A stretch of DNA of 62,840 bases, counting the filler, from Dirinaria sp. TL-2023a (lineage: Eukaryota), in assembly GCA_051941275.1 (NCBI GenBank). It is 13 parts of 13 records of this genome, joined end to end, with 100 filler letters (N's around TTAATTAATTAA, not from the genome) between each part and the next. Parts side by side here need not be neighbours in the genome. Positions count along the whole stretch, not along the records: positions 48,503 to 53,227 come from JAVEBF010001785.1; positions 53,328 to 58,043 come from JAVEBF010001786.1; positions 58,144 to 62,840 come from JAVEBF010001787.1; 10 more parts are not named here. One strand, given 5' to 3'. Under the pieces are notes generated by a model. It saw only the letters and a program-made list of their open reading frames with translations, was not told where the DNA came from and searched no databases. Made by a program: the position numbers and the translations under genes. Below, one piece after another: positions 51,743 through 62,840 of the stretch. How positions within the stretch are numbered: the first letter of the stretch is position 1; each line of letters begins with the position of its first letter.

Positions 51743-54631
51743 GGACTCCATACCCCTGCGAGGCGAGTCTTACCTTACGTGCAAGCCGGCAATCCAGCAT
51801 GCAAGCAGCATCAAGCGGCGACATCCCTTGTTGTGAGCCTCCATGTTCTACCATTGGAAGACCAGAAGTCGATCAATATCTGGACCAATGTTACAAGCAC
51901 AGCGCCTTACCACTATGTCACGTTCGGTACAAGGACAGTCGAGTTGCCCCTGATGGGTCTTCTGGAGTGGAGGTGCCGCTGTCGAGTAATCGAAGCAGGG
52001 ACATGTGAGCGGCGGCAGTGTCTCACCGAACTCGTTTCAAGAGAGTGCAGTGAGTATCCCAGAATGCTCGGCACACCTATCTAAATACGACGATGCTAAT
52101 CACTGCCCTAGCTTACAACTTCTATGCTCCGACGCTAGCCTGTCTTGCGAGGGCTAATCATAAGAAACAAAGAAAGAGATGGATACAGATGATGCAGGAA
52201 AACTTCCGATGATGAGGATGAGACGGAGGAGAACAAGGAACCGAAGGATTTTTGAGCAGAACAACAGGCAAGGCTGTGAGAAATCTTGAGCTTCTACTGA
52301 CGTCTGTCGACTGACACAATCCTAGACCCAGTATCAGGGAGTAAAGTCCTCGCAATCATGCGCCCATCCGCAGGGGTCACCACCACCGCAGCGATCAACA
52401 TCCGCCGCCACCCCAAACTTCTTCCATCCAGCTCCGGCTCTAAGTCCATCCCTTTCATAACGGGCTCTGAGACCAGACCTACTTGTCAAGATCTACCAGC
52501 GGACGCTCTCCACAAGGGTGAGTTGCTGTCAGTCCCGGTATTGGATTTTGTGAACACTAACTTTAACAGGATTTCGAATGCGAAGGTCCAAGACCACTAC
52601 GGTTCGTAAAGCAGAGGATCAAAAATCTAATTACCAAAAAACACACTCGCAACCCTTCGATTACATTCGTCACAAGCGTTCATCCAAAGTCGTCATCCAA
52701 ATACCAATCCTGAAGAAGTATACTAAATACCCATCCGCTTACAACCTTTCGCTCATGATAAACTCCTCCATCTACGAGTGCCAAAACATCACCTCTTGCT
52801 TTTCCAATCCATGCTTCGTACTGTCTTGACTACTTTGCCTAAGCAAAACATCACGCATGGCTTAGAACTACATATCAAATCGAAATGAATGTCAACAACT
52901 ATTGTTCCTTGTCCAACAATTCAGAATTCGATCCTGATAGTCAATCTCAGTCTTTTGAATAGCTATTATTCGATTGTATACAGAACAAGCATTAAGCCGC
53001 TATCAAAGTCGCAATAGAAACTTATCATGTTCTTGACGACGAAGATACCACCAACAGGATCAATCAAGCAGAAGCAACGTCCAAGAATGTCGGCCCAAAC
53101 ATCGCGCACATGTCTGATGATTGAGGAACAATGAACTGAATGTAAGTAACTTTGGAACAACAGAGTCCGAGTCTGAAGGCTGATAGATAGAAGGTTCGAC
53201 ACACGTATTCTTATGGCTTTGCAGGATNNNNNNNNNNNNNNNNNNNNNNNNNNNNNNNNNNNNNNNNNNNNTTAATTAATTAANNNNNNNNNNNNNNNNN
53301 NNNNNNNNNNNNNNNNNNNNNNNNNNNCAAGCTCATATGTTCTGGGTCATTGAAGGATAGATCGATCGACACTCGCTATGGAGGAATTGCATAAGGTGAA
53401 ACTGAATAAAGAGAGTGGTGTGTGGGAAGAATGCGAAGCAGATGAGAAAAGACAAGGAAGCAGAGAAAAGTTGACAAAGCGCGAATAGTGGACTTGAGGG
53501 GAATTGGATTTGAAAAGTGGCAGAAATCCATATTTTCGCAGTAGAGACGATCTCGGAACGGAAATCAGCAAAGTTATATTTATAATGGTCTTTCTGTTTT
53601 ATCAGGGTCGTTTGAGGATCCGTCCGATGAGGAATACTAAATTTTTCCGGATCGCGTATTATGACGGCTCGAACAGGGACTCACGTCGTTCCTGGTTGGC
53701 ATAAGGTTTTGATTTAGATAGCCAGCAGCAGCCCACACATCGCTCTATATGTAAAAGACAAGCAGGCGCTCCTGAAAGGCAAATCCGCAAAGGCTAAAGG
53801 CCATGCCGAAGCCCGCCAATTGCCCGAAGCTTCCCGCGACTTTCTCATTTACCAACGGCAGCAGCAAACGGAAAATGACCCGTCTCAGAAGATCAAAAAG
53901 AGGGTAGAGAGAGCTATAAAGAACATTGAGGCCCTTCATTTGAAGTCCGACCGAGTGGCAGTTCAGAATGACAATTGAAGCAAGGAGATGAATGAAGTGC
54001 TTTTTTGCTGCGGACAAGGATCTTCTCATCATCGTTAAGACTCTGGCCCGCGAAACCATATTCTTGAAGAAACAACTAGGACAGCAAAAGATGGTCTTAG
54101 TAACTCTCATGAGTGTCGAAACTCTCAACATTGCAGTCATGAACGTCGATGAAAGCGAAGGTCAAGAAGATGACGAAGGTGACGAGTGCGAGGGAAGCGA
54201 GGAGAACCTTTGACGGACTTTTCGTGGGTTATGACAGATAGTCTGATTGAAGTTCGACGATTATCGATTCAGCGGCCACATCAGTTCGTCATCTATTACA
54301 GATCGCCTATCGATGTTGATTCATTGCTCAGCATTGGCACACTTAAAGCGAATACCCTCGATATCTTTCTCTATGATAGGTTGTTAGTATGAAATAAGGG
54401 GGGATGGTTGTCAGCCCCAATTAGGACTAGCCTAACTCGAGGGTTACTTCACCAAGTCCTCCGCAGTTTGTAACTTAGAATCCAATCCATCTGCAACCTA
54501 TCAGTATCCAATCATACATGCTAGTCCGCCCAAGCCAATTTTTCATTGCTCCTCTTTAGCTTGTGACTTTCAGCCTTCAGATAGGCATCCGGCCTTATGG
54601 TGGGGCTCTCACGTGATCGCGACAAGCCTGA

Positions 54632-55315
54632 TCAGTGCTCACTTTGCACAATCTGAAATCTCGAAGCCAAGCGAAACCCGTACCAAACCGTAGCGCCTAT
54701 GGCCAAGAGATTGAGATGTATGCTCATGGCATGCGCCCTGGAGAACGCCTTGTTCTTCGCTTTCATTGCTTGACTACATTCAGGATCATTGTACTTCTTG
54801 CCATCTTTTGTTTCTGCCATTACATTGTAGATCAGCGCAGCACTGTGGTATGTCAGAGGGAAGCAAACTACCCTGATGAATTCTCTCAACCATCATTTCT
54901 TGCGTTTTGGGACCATATAAAATCAAATTCAACGCTGCCATCGCTCCACCAAAGGCGAGCGGCACTAGATCACCCAGTGATCCGGCGAGTGAAACCGGTC
55001 CGCGAGGAGGATGCGTCGCAGCGGTCAATAGAAGCAGTAGGGATTGCAGACGAAAATACGCGGGAAAGACGCGCTTTTGGAGAGTTGTGAAGGCAGATAT
55101 TGACAGAGCATTGAAGCATAGTTTGGTCATGACGAAGCTCTGCAGCCGGTTGCTTATTAGTACTTATGGAGACGTACTAACTTTCTAGAATGGTAGAATG
55201 GAAAATATACCTGGTACAGCTCGGTACCGAGTAGCGTGCCATACAGCAGCAGGTGGTACGGCGCCAGCTCTGCCAAGGGACCGAAGGGGCTAGGGGAAGA
55301 ATTCGCCGGTGTCAT
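54632..55315 (-). CDS. DUF4149 / TMEM205-like four-TM membrane protein; 2 introns
   Basis: Spliced frame LAPYHLLLYGTLLGTELYQ/SFVMTKLCFNAL..FTTLQKRVFPAYF..NLILYGPKT..RIHQ/ETKDGKKYND..NKAFSRAHAMSIHLN is typical of DUF4149. Confidence 0.85.
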
Positions 55316-55563
55316 TTTGGGCGGCGGAACGGGGAACCTCGGGCCTAAGAAGGCCAAGGTAGAGCCCGGAAGATGTGCGCGAAACGCCCTTTAAGAGTCG
55401 CCGGCGCAGCCAATTATTGCTGCCTAGAATGCCCGCTTACTCAGCCAGCCCCGACCGACGACACTGAAATAAATTTTAGGCTACCATTTTGATAAACGCT
55501 ATTGTGCTCTCCCTTGATCTTAGTACCACAGCCATTCAATCGATGGAGTAACTCTGGATAATC

Positions 55564-57519
55564 ATGGTATCCTCTCACAGGTACCAAAAGGTCGAAACCG
55601 TTGATCCGCATGATGAGCCTGCGCCCGGAGAGGGAGATGTAGCCTCGCCTCCTCAGCGAAACCAAAGCAGCCAATATACTCGCCAAGTCAAGCATAAATT
55701 ATGGTATAGAAGACCATCAGTAGGTCTTGAGACACCGCCTTCACAGTGTCTCTACTGACAGGATTCCTGGTGCTATGGCTGTTGCCCGTCTTTGTCGTCT
55801 TCAATCTGGCAATGGGAGCAACGATAATGCCAAGAACGAACGTCCTGATATCCCTGCTTTGCCGTAACATACTGTCGAAAAGCGAAGGCACATCCAGGAC
55901 ATCTGTTCCCTTGCATGAAGCCAAGTCATCACCACGCTCCTCAAGCAACATGGTCCAAAACTCTACGGCCTCTTCGATCATTGTCGGCGAATACAACGCC
56001 CAATGCTCGATCCCAGAGGTTGAGTCTGCCACTGCAATGTTGAACCTTTGGGGGAACCTTCTCGCCGGTATTCTCGGCGCCATCACCGCTCCTCTTTGGG
56101 GGAAATTCAGTGACAATTACGGACGCGTCAAACCGCTCGTAGCAGCGAGTACGGTGCTTTTGGCATCAGAGGTCATCATCGTACTTCTTGCGAAGCTACC
56201 TGATGCTATTCCTCTGAATTGGATTTATCTCGCTTTTTTCTTGGAAGGCCTGAGGTGCGTGCAGCTCGCGTGAAGTGTTCGCTCCGTTTAACTTGACGGC
56301 AGTGGGAGTTTTATCCTCATCATGGCGCTTGCCTCGTCATATGCAGCCGACTGTACGAGTGACAGTGAAAGGAACGTAGCACTCGGATGGTTCCATGGCA
56401 GCATGTTCTTTGGATTCGCTGCAGGGCCTGCACTCGGGGGATACATTGGCATGGCTGGAGGCCAGAATGGACCTATGCTCATCTTCTACGCCGGTCTGGT
56501 AAGTAGATGGCGACGTCTCCGAAGTCTCACTCCTTGTGTCTGTACTGAGGGGTGATTAGGTGATGCGGGTGGCTGGTATTATGTTTCTGCTCATCTTCGT
56601 ACCCGAGAGCTTGCCTGGAGACCTCGGCAGTAAACCGTCCCTCACAAAAAACATCGACCGTTCATCCAGAGGAGTCTCCCGGCAGACCTGGATGGAAATG
56701 GCCAAAACCGCCAATCCAATCCACATATTCTCCTCCAAATCCATCACACAACCAAGTGTGCGACAGAACATCATTGCCCTCGCAAGCGTCAATACAATCA
56801 TGTTTGGCGCTTTCGCTGGTGCTATGAACATCATAATACTTTATGCTGAGGTTCGTTTAAGTCATACATTTATCTTCACAATGCTGAAGCGAAGCAATTT
56901 TCAATTTGCTCTTTGAGTGACGTCCTACTGATTTACATAGTACACCTTCGATTGGGGCAACAAAGAGAGCGGCACCTTCCTCTCCACAATCAACATATTC
57001 CGAACGTTGGCCACGACAATCATTCTACCCCTCGCTGTCCGCTTTTTCCGCCAATTCTTCCACCCTCCAACCTCTCGGAGCAAGCGGGAACCCGATAGCT
57101 TTAGCCACCTCGATCTCTTCTTGCTCCGAATAGCCATCCTGTCCGATGTGTTGGGATACATAGGCTACGCGCTCTCCCCCACAGGCACGCTATTCACTCT
57201 ATCCGGTGCGCTCTCCGGTCTCGGCGCCATCGGTCTCGCGACTTCAGAAGCCAGCATGACGAAGCTAGTCGACAGTGCGCAGACGGGCGAGTTGCTTGGC
57301 GCGCTCGGCTTTTTGCAAGCGATGGCTCGCATCGTTGCCCCTACGCTTGCAAACCTGACTTATTCTTTGACCGTCGCGAAGGTTCCCGCGTTGGTGCTGT
57401 GGGGGGTGGCAGCTGGCTTTTCGGCTGCTGGGTTCGCGACGTTCTGGATCGATCCGGGATCAAGGCGGGATGAAGGGGTAAAGGAAGAGGTGGTGCCGTT
57501 GCAGGAAATACATCTATAA
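55564..57519 (+). CDS. Major facilitator superfamily transporter (SLC46/tetracycline-efflux-like); about 4 introns
   Basis: MFS motif A (WGKFSDNYGRVK), SSYAADCT..ERNVALGWFHG..GPALGGY, VPESL and TGELLGALGFLQAMARIVAP. Multiple hydrophobic helices across GT-AG-linked exons. Confidence 0.9.
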
Positions 57520-60500
57520 ATTTTCATTAGCAAGTATAGAATTTATATAGAGAACATTGTAGAAAAAGCAAGGAAGAAGCGGATCTTGATCTCCAAAATC
57601 TCATGCTTTAAATTTTCGATGTGTATTGAGTAAATAAATGGATTTCATGAATAATAAGAGAAAGAGCAATACATAATCGAAAGGCTTTTTTTTTTTTTTT
57701 TTTTTTATAATTCTGGGTTTGTGGATCAAATATTCTTGAAAGCATACACCGGAACATGTAAACCAAAGAGATAAACTCACACATAATAAATGAGTGAATA
57801 GTCTAGAAATAGGATAATCCCCCCGCGGCTGATCGAGAACTCCTTCAAAAAAACACTTTCCAATATAAAAGAATCTAGAATGACAATATTCAATTCTTGC
57901 GTCTCTATAGTTTCTTTCTAAAACAGAGAAGTGGCATTTACTCACTTCAAGGTTCAGCCACTGAAGCAAGTAAAATCAGTCAACTCTCTTCCCCCCCACT
58001 CTCCCCCTCCTCGTATTAAAATCCCAAGTTCAGTCCTCTATATNNNNNNNNNNNNNNNNNNNNNNNNNNNNNNNNNNNNNNNNNNNNTTAATTAATTAAN
58101 NNNNNNNNNNNNNNNNNNNNNNNNNNNNNNNNNNNNNNNNNNNGATGATGAGAAGGCTCATCATCTCCTGATTATTTGTGCGGATTGAGGTGGTATTTTA
58201 GCGCGGTTCTGCTTGAAAACGGTTTCTATCCAGGCAGTAACTAATCATGGACCTGATGACCAGCATCCCCATCCGAGTCATTTGTGAAGCGATAGAAATT
58301 ACATTACACCTCATAAGGGTGGACAACAAACAGTTCTATACTCATGCCCATGAGTGAACAAACTGATCATGCGTAACTCAGATCTCGACTTAAGTTAATC
58401 AGAAAAGAAGAGATGTTGAAGAACCTGTCTTGATTCTTTTTCGTCAGATCACGCTATCATTTTTCTTGAAATCTCTGTCTTGTGATACTTGTGCACTGCT
58501 AGACAATCTTTTGGGTAAGCATCTGTATGTGCTTTGGAAAGCTATGTTTTGACTTTTCTAAAGAGATTGGATAAGACGGGAGGTTGAAAGAAGTCTTCGT
58601 TGTAACGACTTTACCTAATAGAGTATCGATCTTGATAGCTCCTTGTTCGAATACAGTACTCTTGAAGTCCTTAAGTCGGCGCTTTCGTCAGCAGCTAGTT
58701 TTCGAGCCTCTGCTTCATTATTCCGACTTCTTTTTAAGTTGATTTAATGAAAACGCGAGCGTGATCGATAGACTAGCCGATGGTAGCGGTCATCCTGCCA
58801 ACACCGGGTTTAAAAGCAGAATGCATTACCATAACTTCGATGGTGGTGATATTGTAGCACTGTAATATTGCAAACAATTTATAAAGCAAGAAATCTGTCA
58901 ACAGCGACTGATCATAGTGAAAAATCTGTCTGGTCTTATATCTGCACCCGTGTCGACGACAGTACTGTACGTTCTCTTCTGGAGGATCGTCACCCACCTC
59001 AGCGACGCATGTAGTGATAAGAAGTTCGAGGATACCTCTCCCATGGTAAACCTTCAGTCAATCCTCCCTATCAAACCACCTGAGGAACCCAATCCGAGCA
59101 GGCTGAGTAGGACGCTACTACCAAGCGAATCGCTGCCAAAAACGACAGTGATTTTTTCTTCATATGGCGATTCGTTCCTTGATGATATAATTGTATTCTC
59201 ATCCTAAGGCTCTCGCTCAATGTTTAAGGATCAAACTCTCTCATCGCTTGCTTGAGCTAGCTCACGGCTAATGGTTCATATCGTAAACACCGCGGACTTC
59301 GACGATGAGTGTATTGCGAGCCATATCTGGAGGGTTTCGAGTATCTGCATTCATCCCTCCATACACGGGTCGGAGCAATTGATGCGCTTAGTAGGCTCGT
59401 TAATATCCTCTCGCGAGGACGTAAATTTGAAATGTACTGAAAATGACTGTAAACCCGGAGGTCTTACAAAGTACGGGTACAGCGTTTAAAAAGGAATGCG
59501 TTCAAGCAGACGCAGAATTCTGCTGCACTTTGACTATTGTGAACTCACACTTATCGTATTTATTATATAAGATTGTTAATGATGTCTTGCACACGAAGTC
59601 ATGATCTTCCTAATGCCATTCTCGTGTCCGTGGACGATTTAGCAATGAAGAAGCGGCTGAGTTCGGGATCGCGATCAGCGCCATTATGCAACGTAGACAT
59701 TTCTATTCGTTCTTTCTCTGCCTTAGTTATGTAGAATAAGCAAGATAAGAATGGGGAGACCAACAAGAAGGAGTAAAATTGAAGCTTTTCCGTCGCTCTA
59801 AAAGAGGCTTTATCGTACCGTATGATCTGGGAGCAGTTTATAGTTCCCACATGATCCTCCGCAATACCCATTTCCTTGTACTCAGATAGGGAACGAATAA
59901 GACTCGAATATCAGACGTTGAATTGTGAGCGCTCGATACTGGTTCGACGAAATACGATCACACGATTGGATAAGTAGAAAATATATGAAGATCTCTTGGT
60001 ATTTGTTACACTGAGATGAGAAACTGTCTCAGACAAGTCGATAGTGTGAGCTGAGCATCGTTTAATCTTACTATTTTCGAAGCGCGTGGAATTTCACCGA
60101 GCGTACGTTTCTCGAAATGTGAAGAGGAGCTATCCTCGTCTCCATTTGGCTGACCGCTTCATTAATCGTACTATCGTACGTGAGTTTTTGAGTTTTTGAC
60201 TTGAGATTGCGGATTCGCATTTATCAGTGAGTCATCTTTTGTCGGGAGTTTGACATACAGTTCTTTCGATTCAGCAAGAGTAATAATCAAGCCTAAAATC
60301 AAGCGTATCAGCGCACACAAATTCGCACAGTAATCTTGTATCTTGGCAAATTGATATAACGTCTCTTACTGGAAAAGAGTGATGAGAGAAAGAGATTGTA
60401 AGTTCATACGAAGGGGATTTTTCAGTGTGAGCTAAATCAAGAATTTTAATCTACTCCAATCGCTCCGCGGGACATTTAGTATTGTAATCTCTGAAGAGAT

Positions 60501-61333
60501 GAATTATCATCTTTCGATTTTCAATTCTAGATTTTGTATTTTGGTTGGAATGAAGAACTGGTCAACCGTACGTTTCGAATCTGATTCAGATTCGATTTCT
60601 TTTATCTTGAAAGTCAAGTCTTTTCTCTTTTCCCCTTTGAGGTCCATGAAGATTGAGAGATATCGGCTGTTGAGTCAGTTACCTCAGTGATTTAGCTTGG
60701 GTCAGGAAATATGTTGCTGAGTAGTGGAGCCGTCGATGGTAATAAGGTGGGTATATCGAATATATAGAAAACCGAACTCCGAAAAGTGGATTTTCTGTTT
60801 CTCAAGAGTTTTTAAAATTTTTGTTAAATAATAGATATGATCAAATCGTGCAACACGCACAAGATGAGCGAGCTCGGCCTCAGAATCATCGAATCATCAG
60901 CGCTTGATTCTGCCGCGTGGATCTGCTAGTAACTGAAAGGGTAGAACTTAACTATATTTATGGCTTTTAGAAGACTTAGAGCTCTGCAGAGATCGCTTCT
61001 AGATTGATATAATCTTCAACGCAGTACGCAATAACAGAGTGCACCGCAAACTGCTGCAGATGGACTAGTGAGAACTGATAATAAAATATCAGCCTATATC
61101 AAAAGAACAAGGATGTTAGGGAGAGTTCGTAGGGGATAGAAGGTGTTGTTGTATTTTTTTCGAAGCCTAGGCCCCGAAATGCAACGAAAGCTAATGAAAA
61201 TGTTTAATAAACACTAAGCAAATTAAGCAAGCACGAAGGGCAATTGTTATTGCCCCTGCTAATTACTACCACCCATAAAAGCGCCCTCGCGACTTATTTG
61301 ATGTTCAAATCATACTCTTTAAGTCTTTTTTCT

Positions 61334-61942
61334 CTAATACCTAATACCTTGCTTGCTTCTCTCATGCATAAGTATCTCAATTTCGTAGAAATTATCTAGA
61401 AACTTATAGATTTCTTTCTCTGTCATTTTTCGACTATTCATATTCTTCATAAGCGTGTGAATCATATCGAGATTTAGTTTTAAAATCAAATCATAAACTT
61501 TTAAAGTCTTTGTCAATGTCGCTGTGTTGAGATCAAGACTGAAATTCTTCTTTGTTCGCTTTGACAAAAGTGACGACAAATAGTTCAATTGACGCTTAGA
61601 GATTATGTCCTTGACTTCAGATGTAGAGAGTGATAGACGAGCAGTGATAATCATAGCGAGATCTTCAGTGTTGATTATGACGTTGAAGAATTTATCTTTA
61701 TTGTGAGTGACTGAAATAAGAGCCACTTCTGACATCGAGATAAATATCTGTGATGCATGAGACCTCGCAATTTCTAGGATATCATTTTTTTCATCTTGCT
61801 TCTTGTGCTTTTCAAGGGATCTGTTCATGAAGAAACTCGATCGAAACCGACTAGTCGATATAAACATTTTATCACCGAATGAGATGATGTCTGTGAGATA
61901 AGACTCTATAGACATGCTCATTTCGCTAGACTCGTTTCTCAT
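61334..61942 (-). pseudogene. Decayed coding remnant of unknown family (202-codon open frame in AT-rich DNA)
   Basis: The open frame is rich in Ser/Ile/Lys/Asn with almost no Gly, Pro or Trp. This composition is expected after C-to-T/G-to-A (RIP-like) mutation. No family motif was recognised. Confidence 0.4.
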
Positions 61943-62840
61943 TTCACTGAATAGATGTTCATAGACTCGTTGAACGACGCAACTTATTTGGTGCTTGAAT
62001 TTCGTCGCCAGTCCTGCTAGTGCGCCCTCATCACCTAGCAGGTTATAGTCCCCGACCTTTCGGTAGTAATAATCATTTCCAATTAGTTTCTTCGCTGCCT
62101 ATACTTCAATAAAATTGGAGCTTTAGAGCAAGTTACAGGAATGGGTAACACCAATAGCACAATGAGGACTTCAACGCCTCAAAGTATCGCATCGAGGTCG
62201 CCAGAAAACAGATTTCCAAGATACCAGTGTGCTCCGAGTGACGAAGGATGTGGGTTTATAAGTGGAAGAAGCCTGGCTAGTTTTTCCGACTGGAATAATC
62301 AAATAATAGCTTTTTCGTTCCAAGACCTGTAGGTACGAGTGTAATCGTTATCGTGTTTAGAAACAATTTAATTGGTGGTAGCTTGATTAGTAGTTCCCGG
62401 AAGGTGGAGCGATTAACGATACTTGATGCTAGAACGTCCAAGAAGAAAGTATCCAAGCATCAAGCAATTGATGAGAATCTTCCTAATGTATAAGACTTCA
62501 CGATTATCTTGCGTACAAATAATTTGCCTTTCGAGTCAACATCGACAAGACCGTGATCGAGATCCACGAGGATTTTTTCAATCTTTTACTGGAGATAGAG
62601 ATTAGTGGCAGAAAATTAACGACTTACGATGATATCGTGCGTAAATGTGGTGAACTTTCAAAAAAAAAAAAAAAAAAAAAAAAAACACACATATATTGAA
62701 GCTTAATCGAGACCTGACTGACGTACCTGATAATTTTGAAACAATCGAATGAGTTGAGATATTGGGAATCTCCTTGATTCAATCTGAAATACTGACTCGT
62801 CTCGAGACCGAGATCTTTCTTATGTTATTTCTGATCGTTC

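Overview
This is DNA from a filamentous ascomycete (Pezizomycotina), with GT-AG introns and CTRAY branch sites. The window is not contiguous genome. It is 13 short contigs (about 4.7-4.8 kb, in decreasing size order) joined by an artificial 100-nt spacer (44 N + TTAATTAATTAA + 44 N), so neighbourhood only means something within a contig. Recognisable genes: a CRAL-TRIO/RhoGAP protein, a Tda10-like P-loop kinase, a secreted Gly/Ala-rich protein, a divergent glutathione-synthetase-like ligase, the 3' end of a thioesterase-type gene, a two-CFEM GPI-type protein, a conserved Q/P-rich protein, KTI12, an F-box-like protein, YSC84/LSB3, a cytochrome P450, acuK/ERT1, riboflavin kinase, the linked MET16-MET3 pair, an FMO, a Tag1/DUF3712-like protein, a DUF4149 protein and an MFS transporter. 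Three contigs (29.2-33.9, 48.5-53.2, 58.1-62.8 kb) have no intact gene and look like decayed, possibly RIP-mutated accessory DNA. The best leads are: the glutathione-synthetase paralogue with remodelled substrate motifs, the P450 lacking the I-helix acid-alcohol pair, an Upf1-like helicase relic, a MITE-like element with a tRNA-like core, and an array of spaced GC palindromes. No complete multi-gene novel system can be demonstrated from such fragmented sequence. All family assignments come from motif recognition by eye; no searches were run.
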